Of a DNA stretch of 64,000 nt, positions 35,621 through 45,793 are shown in pieces. A program made the position numbers and the translations under genes. The stretch lies in assembly GCF_056712565.1 (NCBI RefSeq), contig NZ_CM160072.1, one strand, 5' to 3'. Under the pieces are notes generated by a model. It made no database searches, was not told where the DNA came from, and saw only the letters and a program-made list of their open reading frames with translations. Numbering within the stretch: the first letter of the stretch is position 1; each line of letters begins with the position of its first letter.

Positions 35621-37276
35621 TTACTTCTGTAACCACCAGACAGCCTCAAAAGGCCGTAAAGTCATGGCACAGGGTTGTGGTGAGGCTTCTTCGTAGTTAT
35701 GCATCACAAGCTGCCAGTTGCCGAGCATTTTCCCTGGCTGCCAGGGTTGGGTCTCACGGCTAAGGTTGGCAATGACCAGCAAGGTTTGCCCCTTCCACTC
35801 ACGGCGATAGCACCACAATACAGGGCTGTTTGGCAGCAGATCCTGGTAATCGCCCCATGTCAGGACGGCTTCTTGCTTACGCAGTGCGATTAACTTTTGG
35901 TAGGTGTAAAACACCGAGGACTCATCGGCCAGCGCTGCTTCTACGTTGATTTCCTGATAGTTATCGCCCAGGCCAATCCACGGTTCGCCAGCCGTAAACC
36001 CGGCATTATCGCCGTTGGTCCATTGCATGGGGGTGCGACTGTTGTCACGGGATTTACTGGCGAGGATTGCCAATAACTCGTCGGCATCACGCCCATCGTT
36101 GCGCAGCTCGGCAAACATATTGAGGCTCTCCACGTCGCGATAGTCAGTAATGCGCGTGAAATGTGGGTTGGTCATGCCAATCTCTTCGCCCTGGTAGATA
36201 TACGGCGTTCCCTGCATGCCATGCAGCACCATCGCCAGCATTTTTGCCGCAGGCACACGGTATTCACCTTCATCACCAAAGCGAGAAACAATGCGCGGCT
36301 GATCGTGGTTACACCAGAACAAGGCATTCCATGCCACGTTGTGCATTCCTTGTTGCCAGTGGCGGAACAATGTTTTCAACGCCACAAAGTCAGGTTTAGC
36401 CAGCGTCCATTTTTCACCACCGGGATAATCGACCTTCAGGTGATGAAAATTAAAGGTCATCGACAATTCACTGCCTGTCAGTGCCGCGTATCGCTGGCAA
36501 TGCTCAAGGCTGGTGGAGGACATTTCACCTACGGTCATTAACCCGCGTGGCGTAAACACATCGCGGTTCATCTCGTGCAAAAATTCGTGTGCTCGTGGCC
36601 CGTCGGTGTAGAAGCGACGCCCGTCGCCATCCAGGTCTTCAGGGTAACGCGGGTCTTTGGAGATCAGATTCACCACATCCAGGCGCAACCCGTCGACCCC
36701 ACGATTGGCCCAGAACTCACAGACTTTTTTCAGCTCTGCGCGTACCGCTGGATTCTCCCAGTTGAGATCCGCCTGTTCTGGTGCAAAGAGATGCAAATAG
36801 TACTGTTCGCTTTCCGCATGCCAGCGCCACGCACTACCACCGAATTTTGAACGCCAGTTGTTCGGTGGCGTTTCTGGTTCTCCATCGCGCCAGATATAAA
36901 ACTGGCGGTAAGGGCTTTCTTTGTTCAGCGCCTCGCGAAACCAGGCATGTTGGGTAGAGGTATGGTTAAACACCATATCGAGAATGATACGAATCCCACG
37001 CGATTTTGCCTGTGTCACCAGTTCGTCAAAATCGTCCAGCGTGCCATAGGTGGGATCAATCGCCGTATAATTCGCTACGTCGTAACCGTTATCGACCTGG
37101 GGAGAGACATAAAAGGGGGTTAGCCAGATGGCATCAACGCCCAGTTTATGCAGATAGTCCAGACGCTGGATAACGCCACGTAAATCGCCGGTGCCGCTAC
37201 CCGTGGTGTCCTGAAAACTCTTTGGATAAATCTGGTAGATAACGCCGTTTTGCCACCAGTGGGGAAGATGAGTCAT
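35621..37276 (-). CDS. treC: trehalose-6-phosphate hydrolase
   Basis: ORF 35621-37423 trimmed to Met at 37276 (MTHLPHWWQNGVIYQIYP); GH13 family; 551 aa. Confidence 0.9.
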   Translation of the reverse strand: MTHLPHWWQNGVIYQIYPKSFQDTTGSGTGDLRGVIQRLDYLHKLGVDAIWLTPFYVSPQVDNGYDVANYTAIDPTYGTLDDFDELVTQAKSRGIRIILDMVFNHTSTQHAWFREALNKESPYRQFYIWRDGEPETPPNNWRSKFGGSAWRWHAESEQYYLHLFAPEQADLNWENPAVRAELKKVCEFWANRGVDGLRLDVVNLISKDPRYPEDLDGDGRRFYTDGPRAHEFLHEMNRDVFTPRGLMTVGEMSSTSLEHCQRYAALTGSELSMTFNFHHLKVDYPGGEKWTLAKPDFVALKTLFRHWQQGMHNVAWNALFWCNHDQPRIVSRFGDEGEYRVPAAKMLAMVLHGMQGTPYIYQGEEIGMTNPHFTRITDYRDVESLNMFAELRNDGRDADELLAILASKSRDNSRTPMQWTNGDNAGFTAGEPWIGLGDNYQEINVEAALADESSVFYTYQKLIALRKQEAVLTWGDYQDLLPNSPVLWCYRREWKGQTLLVIANLSRETQPWQPGKMLGNWQLVMHNYEEASPQPCAMTLRPFEAVWWLQK

Positions 37277-37325
37277 TACGTTATTCCTGCAAATGCGAGG
37301 GGGCGCAATTGCGCCCCGAAGAAAA

Positions 37326-38747
37326 TTAAACAATGTCCAGCGTGCCCAGGCGGTATTTCCGCTGATAGATAAACGAGGTGAGTACAATCGGGATGATGAT
37401 GGCGATAGCCATTGCCAGCGCAAACACCTGCCAGTAGCTCGGTTGAATCGAGAGAATTCCCGGCAGGCCGCCTACGCCGATGCCATTCGCCATAACGCCG
37501 TTCAGGCCGCATAGCAATCCTGCCAGACCAGAACCAATCATCGCGCACAGCATCGGGAAGCGATATTTCAGGTTGATGCCGTACATTGCAGGCTCAGTGA
37601 CCCCAAGCCAGGCGGAGATCGCCGCAGGCACGGAGATCTCGCGTTCATTGTGCTTGCGGCTGGAAATGATAATACCTATCACAGCGGAGCCCTGAGCGAT
37701 ATTCGACAGCGCAATCAGCGGCCACACTGGCGTGCCACCCATGCTTTGAATCATCTGCAAATCAATAGCAAGCGTGGTCTGGTGTACGCCGGTGATCACC
37801 AGCGGGGCGTACAGGAAGCCAAACAATGCCGCGCCAATCGGAGCAAAGCTGCCGGTCATCAGGTGACGTACCGCAAAGGCAACGCCATCGCCAATCATGC
37901 GACCAAACGGACCAATCAGCGCATGGGCGAGGAACACCGCGAGGATCAGCGAACAGACGGGCACCACCACCAGGTAGAGGTAATCCGGCACGATGCGCTT
38001 AAGACGAGTTTCAATAACGCCCAGCGCCAGCCCGGCTAACAGTGCCGGAATAACCTGTGCCTGATAGCCCACTTTGGCGATGCTGAACATGCCAAAGTTC
38101 CATACTTCCGGCAGCTGCTGCCCGAGCAGATAAGCGTTCATCAACTGTGGGGAAACCAGCGTCACGCCAAGCACGATACCGAGGATCGGTGTACCGCCCA
38201 TTTTTTTCACCGCTGACCAGCAAATCCCGACCGGCAGGTAGAAGAAGATCGCTTCACCGATCAACCACAGAAAATCGTAGATCGTTTGCAGGGAAGGGTA
38301 CATTTGCGCCAGCGTTTGACCGTTGCTCATGGGCAAATCGCCGATCACATTGCGAAAACCGAGGATCAAACCGCCGCTAATCAACGCGGGCAGCAACGGG
38401 AAGAAAATCTCCGCGAAATGAGAGATCAACTGCTCATGCCATTTCATATTCTGCCGGGCGGCTTTTTTTACCTGCTCTTTATCAACCTGCGCCTGTCCGG
38501 TTGACGCTATCAGTGCTTGATAGTAATCACCCACGTTGGTGCCAATCACCACCTGAAATTGCCCGGCATTGGTGAAACAGCCTTTCACCATGGGGAGTTG
38601 CTCAATTTCTTTCGGTCTGGCATTGGCCGGTTGGTTGAGGACAAAGCGCAGACGAGTAATACAGTGGCTCACCGTCGCAATATTGCCGCGCCCGCCGACC
38701 AGTTCAATCAACCGATCGATATCCGTTTGGTTTATTTTGCTCATCAT
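37326..38747 (-). CDS. treB: PTS trehalose-specific EIIBC component
   Basis: 473-aa ORF; EIIB cysteine motif near N-terminus, EIIC membrane domain. Confidence 0.9.
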   Translation of the reverse strand: MMSKINQTDIDRLIELVGGRGNIATVSHCITRLRFVLNQPANARPKEIEQLPMVKGCFTNAGQFQVVIGTNVGDYYQALIASTGQAQVDKEQVKKAARQNMKWHEQLISHFAEIFFPLLPALISGGLILGFRNVIGDLPMSNGQTLAQMYPSLQTIYDFLWLIGEAIFFYLPVGICWSAVKKMGGTPILGIVLGVTLVSPQLMNAYLLGQQLPEVWNFGMFSIAKVGYQAQVIPALLAGLALGVIETRLKRIVPDYLYLVVVPVCSLILAVFLAHALIGPFGRMIGDGVAFAVRHLMTGSFAPIGAALFGFLYAPLVITGVHQTTLAIDLQMIQSMGGTPVWPLIALSNIAQGSAVIGIIISSRKHNEREISVPAAISAWLGVTEPAMYGINLKYRFPMLCAMIGSGLAGLLCGLNGVMANGIGVGGLPGILSIQPSYWQVFALAMAIAIIIPIVLTSFIYQRKYRLGTLDIV

Positions 38748-38802
38748 AAAGCCCCATGGCAGATGACATTTTTGGTTGGCTGCAGAATATATTGCGCGGA
38801 AA

Positions 38803-38816
38803 AATTTAAAAACGGG
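38803..38816. promoter_or_regulatory. TreR operator-like palindrome in treB promoter
   Basis: Perfect 14-bp palindrome CGGGAACGTTCCCG; second inverted repeat ATCGTT-N6-AACGAT about 20 bp further upstream of treB. Confidence 0.5.
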
Positions 38817-38865
38817 AACGTTCCCGAAACGCAGCGAAGATCACAATTTATCGTTCAGGAAACGA

Positions 38866-39813
38866 TCAGGACAGGGTGGCGGGGATGATGATTTGTTGCG
38901 GTTCGCTGCGCCCGGTGACCTGCGCGATCAACTGGCAGGCCGCCTGGCGTCCAGCTTCGGCGTAACCGGGATCTACGGTGACGATCTCCGGATGGAGGAA
39001 TTTCATTAACGGTGTATTACCGACGCTCGCCAGTTGCAAGGTGTCGATGCGTTGCTCTTGCAGGTATTTACTTGCGCCAAGTGCCAGCGTGTCGGTTGCG
39101 CACAGTAACGCGGTAGTTTCAGGCGTAATCACTTTTGCTACGTTCTCATAGCCTTGCTTCATAGCAAGCCCTGGCAGAGCGGCAACGGGATGCAATTTAT
39201 GCGCTTTGCAGAACGCCAGGTAGGCTTCGTGACGTCGCTTACCGGTCGTCACGTCACTATGCGGCACGCCGAGATAACTGATATTACGATGCCCCTGGTC
39301 ATACAGCCGTTGCATCAGGATCTTGATTGCCCCTTCGTCGTCATAACAGACCGAAGCAAAGCCTTTTGCGTCACGCGCCAGCAGAACCAGCGATGACTGC
39401 CAGTGGGCTAACATTTCTTCTGTTATGCCGGTAAAACCGAACAGCACTACGCCGTCGATATTACGCCGTTTCAGGACCCCCAAATGTTCGGCAACTAATT
39501 GTGGGGAAAACTGACTTTCCATCATGATTGGATCGTAACCTTGTTCATAGAACGCTGGCAGCATGGTTTGAACGGCGAGATTTTCTGACAACGAATCCAG
39601 ACGGGTAACAATGATGGCGACCACTTTATCGCTTTGCCCACGCATAGCGCGCGCAGAGCGGGAAGGGGAAAATCCATGCTGATTCATCACTGCTTCAACA
39701 CGCTCGCGCGTGCGCTGGCTCACGCCGCTTTCGTTATTCAGCACCCGGGAAACCGTAGATTTCCCCACGCCGCTTAAGCGCGCGATGTCTTTGATGGTCA
39801 GCCGATTTTGCAT
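38866..39813 (-). CDS. treR: trehalose operon repressor (LacI family)
   Basis: 315-aa ORF; N-terminal HTH (TIKDIARLSGVGKSTVSRVLN). Confidence 0.9.
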   Translation of the reverse strand: MQNRLTIKDIARLSGVGKSTVSRVLNNESGVSQRTRERVEAVMNQHGFSPSRSARAMRGQSDKVVAIIVTRLDSLSENLAVQTMLPAFYEQGYDPIMMESQFSPQLVAEHLGVLKRRNIDGVVLFGFTGITEEMLAHWQSSLVLLARDAKGFASVCYDDEGAIKILMQRLYDQGHRNISYLGVPHSDVTTGKRRHEAYLAFCKAHKLHPVAALPGLAMKQGYENVAKVITPETTALLCATDTLALGASKYLQEQRIDTLQLASVGNTPLMKFLHPEIVTVDPGYAEAGRQAACQLIAQVTGRSEPQQIIIPATLS

Positions 39814-39888
39814 CCTGTTGTCCCATAACGTGTTGTTTAATTATTTGAGCCTAACTTTACCTGTGCATTCAGCAATGGGTAAAGTCTG

Positions 39889-39905
39889 GTTTATCGTTGG
39901 TTTAG
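39889..39905 (+). promoter_or_regulatory. PhoP box direct repeat GGTTTA-N5-GGTTTA in mgtA promoter
   Basis: GGTTTATCGTTGGTTTA read directly; mgtA is a known PhoP-activated gene. Confidence 0.5.
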
Positions 39906-39997
39906 TTGCCAGCAGGTATTATATCGCCATAAATGCTACGAATATTATTGGATTCTCCTTATTATTTGCGGCGCTTTTTTCACTTACCGGAGGTTAT

Positions 39998-40051
39998 ATG
40001 GAACCTGATCCCACGCCTCTCCCTCGACGGAGATTAAAACTTTTCCGGTAA
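39998..40051 (+). CDS. mgtL: mgtA leader peptide (proline-rich, 17 aa)
   Basis: [17 protein letters not shown] in the mgtA 5' leader. Confidence 0.8.
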
Positions 40052-40191
40052 GCCCGTCTTTTCACGGCGTTACCGGATGCGTAAGGCCGTGACGTTTTAA
40101 CGTCCCTGCTCAGCTTTATTACCTTCAGGTAAGGCTTCGCCACGCCTGAAGACATTTCTGTACTGTTTCAGACAGTGCGGAGGGACTCCTT

Positions 40192-42888
40192 ATGTTTAAA
40201 GAAATTTTTACCCGGCTCATTCGCCATTTACCTTCCCGTCTGGTTCATCGTGATCCATTGCCTGGCGCGCAGCAGACAGTGAATGCGGCGGTCCCGCCTT
40301 CTTTAAGTGCGCATTGCCTGAAAATGGCGGTGATGCCCGAAGAAGAATTGTGGAAAACGTTCGACACCCATCCGGAAGGGTTAAATCTGGCGGAAGTGGA
40401 ATCTGCCCGCGAACAACATGGTGAAAATAAATTACCCGCACAACAACCGTCGCCGTGGTGGGTACATTTATGGGTCTGCTATCGCAACCCCTTTAATATT
40501 TTGCTCACCATTCTTGGTGCTATTTCTTACGCCACGGAAGATTTATTTGCCGCAGGTGTTATCGCGCTAATGGTCGCTATTTCTACGTTGCTGAACTTTA
40601 TTCAGGAAGCTCGTTCCACCAAAGCGGCAGATGCCCTGAAAGCGATGGTCAGTAATACCGCGACGGTACTGCGAGTAATTAACGACAAAGGCGAAAATGG
40701 CTGGCTGGAGATCCCGATCGACCAGCTGGTGCCCGGCGATATTATAAAACTGGCGGCAGGGGATATGATCCCGGCAGATTTACGTATCTTGCAGGCGCGG
40801 GATCTGTTCGTCGCTCAGGCGTCGTTAACCGGTGAGTCTCTGCCCGTGGAAAAAGCCGCTACTACTCGCCAGCCGGAGCACAGCAATCCGCTGGAGTGCG
40901 ACACCCTGTGTTTTATGGGCACCACCGTGGTGAGCGGCACGGCACAAGCAATGGTGATTGCTACAGGAGCCAACACCTGGTTTGGTCAACTGGCGGGGCG
41001 TGTTAGTGAGCAGGAAAGCGAGCCGAATGCCTTTCAGCAAGGGATCAGCCGCGTCAGTATGCTGCTGATTCGCTTTATGCTGGTGATGGCTCCGGTGGTG
41101 TTGCTTATCAACGGTTACACCAAAGGCGACTGGTGGGAAGCGGCACTGTTCGCACTTTCGGTCGCGGTAGGCTTAACGCCAGAAATGTTGCCGATGATTG
41201 TTACCTCGACGCTGGCGCGTGGCGCAGTCAAGTTGTCGAAACAGAAAGTGATCGTCAAACATCTGGATGCCATTCAGAACTTTGGCGCAATGGATATTCT
41301 GTGCACTGATAAAACCGGCACCCTGACACAGGATAAAATTGTGCTGGAGAATCATACCGATATCTCCGGTAAAACTAGCGAACGCGTGCTGCATAGCGCG
41401 TGGTTGAACAGCCATTACCAGACCGGGCTTAAAAACCTGCTTGATACAGCGGTGCTCGAAGGTACGGATGAAGAGTCAGCGCGCTCGCTGGCCAGCCGTT
41501 GGCAAAAAATTGATGAGATTCCATTTGATTTCGAGCGTCGTCGGATGTCGGTGGTTGTGGCAGAAAATACCGAACACCATCAGTTGGTTTGCAAAGGCGC
41601 ATTGCAGGAAATCCTCAATGTGTGTTCGCAAGTGCGTCACAATGGCGAGATTGTACCGCTCGATGACACCATGCTGCGTAAGATTAAGCGGGTTACTGAT
41701 ACGCTGAATCGTCAGGGGCTGCGCGTGGTTGCGGTGGCGACGAAATACCTGCCAGCGCGTGAAGGAGATTACCAGCGGGCGGATGAATCCGACCTGATCC
41801 TCGAAGGATATATTGCTTTCCTTGATCCGCCAAAAGAGACAACAGCTCCGGCACTGAAGGCATTAAAAGCGAGTGGAATTACCGTAAAAATCCTTACTGG
41901 CGACAGTGAGTTGGTTGCAGCGAAAGTGTGCCATGAAGTGGGGCTGGACGCGGGAGAGGTGGTCATTGGTAGTGATATTGAAACGCTATCTGACGACGAA
42001 CTGGCAAATCTCGCACAGCGCACCACGCTGTTTGCTCGTCTGACGCCGATGCATAAAGAACGCATCGTAACGTTGCTGAAGCGCGAAGGGCATGTGGTTG
42101 GCTTTATGGGCGATGGTATTAATGATGCGCCCGCCTTGCGCGCTGCGGATATCGGCATTTCTGTGGACGGCGCGGTAGATATTGCCCGTGAAGCGGCTGA
42201 TATCATCCTGCTGGAAAAAAGCCTGATGGTGCTGGAAGAGGGGGTTATTGAGGGACGTCGCACTTTCGCCAACATGCTGAAATACATCAAAATGACGGCG
42301 AGCTCTAACTTCGGTAATGTGTTCAGCGTGCTGGTGGCGAGTGCTTTCTTGCCCTTCCTGCCGATGTTGCCGCTACACTTGCTTATTCAAAATCTGCTGT
42401 ACGATGTGTCACAGGTGGCGATCCCATTTGATAACGTCGACGACGAGCAAATTCAAAAGCCGCAGCGTTGGAATCCGGCGGATCTGGGGCGCTTTATGGT
42501 CTTCTTCGGACCGATCAGCTCGATTTTCGATATTCTGACGTTTTGCCTGATGTGGTGGGTATTCCATGCCAACACGCCGGAAACGCAAACGCTGTTCCAG
42601 TCGGGCTGGTTTGTGGTGGGCTTACTGTCGCAAACGCTGATTGTGCATATGATCCGCACCCGTCGTGTACCGTTTATTCAGAGCTGTGCATCGTGGCCGT
42701 TAATGATTATGACCGTGATCGTGATGATTGTCGGGATCGCATTGCCGTTTTCACCGCTGGCCAGTTATCTGCAGCTGCAGGCGCTGCCGTTAAGCTATTT
42801 CCCGTGGCTGGTTGCGATTCTGGCAGGGTATATGACGTTAACCCAGTTGGTGAAAGGGTTCTATAGCCGTCGTTACGGTTGGCAGTAA
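40192..42888 (+). CDS. mgtA: Mg2+-importing P-type ATPase
   Basis: 898-aa ORF; DKTGTLT phosphorylation motif and GDGINDAPAL. Confidence 0.95.
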   Translation: MFKEIFTRLIRHLPSRLVHRDPLPGAQQTVNAAVPPSLSAHCLKMAVMPEEELWKTFDTHPEGLNLAEVESAREQHGENKLPAQQPSPWWVHLWVCYRNPFNILLTILGAISYATEDLFAAGVIALMVAISTLLNFIQEARSTKAADALKAMVSNTATVLRVINDKGENGWLEIPIDQLVPGDIIKLAAGDMIPADLRILQARDLFVAQASLTGESLPVEKAATTRQPEHSNPLECDTLCFMGTTVVSGTAQAMVIATGANTWFGQLAGRVSEQESEPNAFQQGISRVSMLLIRFMLVMAPVVLLINGYTKGDWWEAALFALSVAVGLTPEMLPMIVTSTLARGAVKLSKQKVIVKHLDAIQNFGAMDILCTDKTGTLTQDKIVLENHTDISGKTSERVLHSAWLNSHYQTGLKNLLDTAVLEGTDEESARSLASRWQKIDEIPFDFERRRMSVVVAENTEHHQLVCKGALQEILNVCSQVRHNGEIVPLDDTMLRKIKRVTDTLNRQGLRVVAVATKYLPAREGDYQRADESDLILEGYIAFLDPPKETTAPALKALKASGITVKILTGDSELVAAKVCHEVGLDAGEVVIGSDIETLSDDELANLAQRTTLFARLTPMHKERIVTLLKREGHVVGFMGDGINDAPALRAADIGISVDGAVDIAREAADIILLEKSLMVLEEGVIEGRRTFANMLKYIKMTASSNFGNVFSVLVASAFLPFLPMLPLHLLIQNLLYDVSQVAIPFDNVDDEQIQKPQRWNPADLGRFMVFFGPISSIFDILTFCLMWWVFHANTPETQTLFQSGWFVVGLLSQTLIVHMIRTRRVPFIQSCASWPLMIMTVIVMIVGIALPFSPLASYLQLQALPLSYFPWLVAILAGYMTLTQLVKGFYSRRYGWQ

Positions 42889-42944
42889 AGAATAAACTGG
42901 GCATGGTGGCCCGGAATCAGATTGCAGACAAAGTGAGCTTTGTT

Positions 42945-43045
42945 CATGCCGGATGCGGCGTAAATGCCTTATCAGGCCTACAAATTCAATAAATTGCAGG
43001 AATCACGTAGGCCTGATAAGCGTAGCGCATCAGGCAATTTTGCGT
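42945..43045. repeat. REP elements
   Basis: GCCGGATGCGGCG / CTTATCAGGCCTAC units after mgtA. Confidence 0.6.
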
Positions 43046-43093
43046 TTGTCATTAGACTTAATCCGGGCATGATAGCCCGGATTTCCATCAAGA

Positions 43094-43480
43094 TTAGCGA
43101 CGAACAGCGATCGCTTCGATCTCAATCTTCACGTCTTTCGGCAGACGAGCAACTTCAACGCAAGAACGTGCCGGGAAGGTGGCGTTGTGTTCGGTGAAAA
43201 AGGCTTCGTAGGTAGCATTAACGGTTGCGAAGTCGTTCAGATCTTTCACAAACACGGTGGTTTTAACGATATCGCCCACTTTCAGGCCAGCGGCTTCGAC
43301 GATCGCTTTTACGTTATCCAGCGACTGACGTGCCTGTGCAGCGACATCTGCCGGGACTTCGCCCGTTTTCGGGTTTACCGGGATCTGACCGGAAGTGATA
43401 ATCATATTGCCCAGATCAACGCCCTGCACGTAAGGACCGATAGCTGCCGGTGCATTTTCCGTCGCGATAGTTTTGCTCAT
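43094..43480 (-). CDS. ridA: 2-iminobutanoate/2-iminopropanoate deaminase (RidA/YjgF)
   Basis: ORF 43094-43552 trimmed to Met at 43480 (MSKTIATENAPAAIGPYVQG); 128 aa. Confidence 0.9.
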   Translation of the reverse strand: MSKTIATENAPAAIGPYVQGVDLGNMIITSGQIPVNPKTGEVPADVAAQARQSLDNVKAIVEAAGLKVGDIVKTTVFVKDLNDFATVNATYEAFFTEHNATFPARSCVEVARLPKDVKIEIEAIAVRR

Positions 43481-43552
43481 GATTTCTCCTTTATTACAGC
43501 GGTAAAAAGTCTGGCTCATTATAGGGAGCCAGACTTTTATTACCAACCGCAA

Positions 43553-44014
43553 TTAATTGGCCAGCACCACATTATGGGAAAACTCTTTTTCACAGTATTT
43601 GCATTTGAGCGCGATATCATTGGCGCGTTTTCGCACGGCAAAGCTGGATGAAACCGGTTCGGCATGGCTGATACAGTTGCTGTTCGGGCAGACCAGCACA
43701 TTGTCGATGCGCTCTGGCAGACTGGGGCGCGATTTGCCAACCACTTCATAGTTGTCGATACGGTTAACCGTGGCTTGCGGTGCATATAACGCCAGCTGAT
43801 CAACCTGATCCTCACTTAAAAAGGTATTTTCGATTTTGATCAGATCCTTGCGCCCCATCTCGCCAGAAGGCAGGTTCAGACCAATGGTGATGCGCTGATC
43901 TGTTTCGGTCAACTTGAACAGACTCAACAGTTTAAAACCGATCTGGGCGGGGATATGGTCAATTACCGTGCCGCGTTTAATAGCTTCAACCTGCAATTTA
44001 TTATCGTGTGTCAT
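43553..44014 (-). CDS. pyrI: aspartate carbamoyltransferase regulatory subunit
   Basis: 153-aa ORF; C-terminal zinc-binding cysteines. Confidence 0.95.
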
Positions 44015-44026
44015 CTCTATTTCCCC

Positions 44027-44962
44027 TTACAGTACCAGATCGCGATTCAGAACCAGTGCCAGTAACGCCTGGCGAGCGAAAATCCCGTTGCCTGCTTGCT
44101 GGAAGTACCAGGCGTGAGGCGTTTTATCCACATCCGTCGCAATCTCATCAACACGCGGCAGCGGATGCAGCACTTTCATATTGGCTTTGGCGTTGTGGAG
44201 ATCGCTGGCGCGAAGAACAAACTGCGCTTTCACGTTGGCGTACTCGGACGGGTCCAGACGCTCTTTTTGCACGCGGGTCATGTACAGGATGTCTACTTCC
44301 GCCATCACTTCTTCAATAGAGCTGTGCAGACTCCAGGCGATCCCTTTTTCATCGAGCATATCCAGAATGTATTGCGGCATTGCCAGCGCATCCGGCGCGA
44401 TAAAGTAAAAACGGTTGCCGTCGAACTTCGCTAGCGCCTGGGTCAGGGAGTGAACGGTGCGGCCATATTTCAGGTCACCAACCATTGCGACGTGGAGATT
44501 GTCCAGACGCCCCTGGGTTTCCTGAATGGTGAATAAGTCCAGCAAGGTTTGCGTCGGATGTTGGTTGGAGCCATCACCGGCATTCAGTACCGGTACATTG
44601 CCGGAAAACTCGGTGGCCAGGCGCGCTGCACCTTCCTGCGGATGACGCATCACTATCGCATCGACGTAAGTGCTGATAACCGAAATGGTATCGGCCAGCG
44701 TTTCGCCCTTTTTACCCAGTGATGTATTGGCGCTGTCGGAGAAGCCCACCACGCTGGCACCCAGGCGGTGCATGGAAGTTTCGAAAGAGAGGCGGGTGCG
44801 GGTAGAGGCTTCGAAGAAACAGCTGGCAATAACTTTGTGCTTCAACAGCTCTGGTTGCGGGTTCGCTTTCAGTTTCGCCGCTGTCGCCAGCACCAGATTA
44901 AGGTCATCGCGACTAAGGTCGTTTATGGAAATGATATGTTTCTGATATAGCGGATTAGCCAT
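44027..44962 (-). CDS. pyrB: aspartate carbamoyltransferase catalytic subunit
   Basis: 311-aa ORF; STRTR carbamoyl-phosphate binding motif. Confidence 0.95.
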
Positions 44963-44965
44963 CTT

Positions 44966-45100
44966 TTATCTCCTGACGCCTGGGCAAAAAAAAGCCCCTC
45001 GATTGAGGGGCTGGGAATGGGTGATCAACGGGAAGAAAAACGGCAGGCCAGCGTCTTTTTTCAGACGCGGTAAGACAAAATGTCGAACACACTGAACCAT
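44966..45100 (-). CDS. pyrL: pyrBI operon leader peptide
   Basis: Hand translation MVQCVRHFVLPRLKKDAGLPFFFPLITHSQPLNRGAFFCPGVRR (44 aa) immediately upstream of pyrB. Confidence 0.85.
   Translation of the reverse strand: MVQCVRHFVLPRLKKDAGLPFFFPLITHSQPLNRGAFFCPGVRR
44986..45012 (-). terminator. pyrBI attenuator terminator
   Basis: AGCCCCTC-gatt/aatc-GAGGGGCT hairpin followed by T8 on the minus strand, inside pyrL. Confidence 0.75.
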
Positions 45101-45189
45101 ACATCCTCCCGGCAAATTGTCCGGCATTATACTCAGCTCTGAGAGAGGATCAAGAAGATGATGCAGTTATAAAGCAAGGCAAACGGTTA

Positions 45190-45678
45190 TCATGAATATA
45201 TATTCAATTTTAATAAGTAATTAATTTGCTTGTGCACCAGGGCTGTACGCTTTACCACACGTGGTGCGACCCAAACGATATTGCTGCCAGCAATCACGCC
45301 AAGAATTTCTGGCAAAGCATGGAAATCAAGGATTCGTGCTACTGCCCGACCATATCCGGCGACGGTATGGATAAGGATAAATTCACCATTATGCTCGACA
45401 CTCAGGACCATTTCAGCGACGGATCGACCTGCGTCAGGTGTGGGAAGTAATTGAGGATTCACCGAATAAATTTTTTGTCCTTTTGTATTTCTAATTTTTA
45501 TGACTCCCAGCAATTTCAGTAGTCGTGAAACGGTTGACTGACTGATACTGTCAAAGCCATGGTTTTGCAAATCGCGGCGGATTTCCTCCTGTGAAAGATA
45601 ACTTTTTTCGGTAATCAGGCGCTGACAGACCGCCAGTTGCTTCTTTTCTTTGGCGGAGTAATCATCGTATTCCTTCAT
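45190..45678 (-). CDS. ArgR-family transcriptional regulator (ADI cluster-associated)
   Basis: ORF 45190-45744 trimmed to Met at 45678 preceded by AAAGGTG; ArgR-like DNA-binding region (SQSTVSRLLK...IRNTKGQ) and C-terminal oligomerisation region. Confidence 0.75.
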   Translation of the reverse strand: MKEYDDYSAKEKKQLAVCQRLITEKSYLSQEEIRRDLQNHGFDSISQSTVSRLLKLLGVIKIRNTKGQKIYSVNPQLLPTPDAGRSVAEMVLSVEHNGEFILIHTVAGYGRAVARILDFHALPEILGVIAGSNIVWVAPRVVKRTALVHKQINYLLKLNIYS

Positions 45679-45793
45679 AATGCACCTTTTATTTATTATT
45701 ACCTGATGATATTTTTCACATTTTATAATGTGAGAGTGGTTCATTTATCACTACACCAGATTTGAAGGCCGCTTTGATAAGCGGCCTGTCGCG

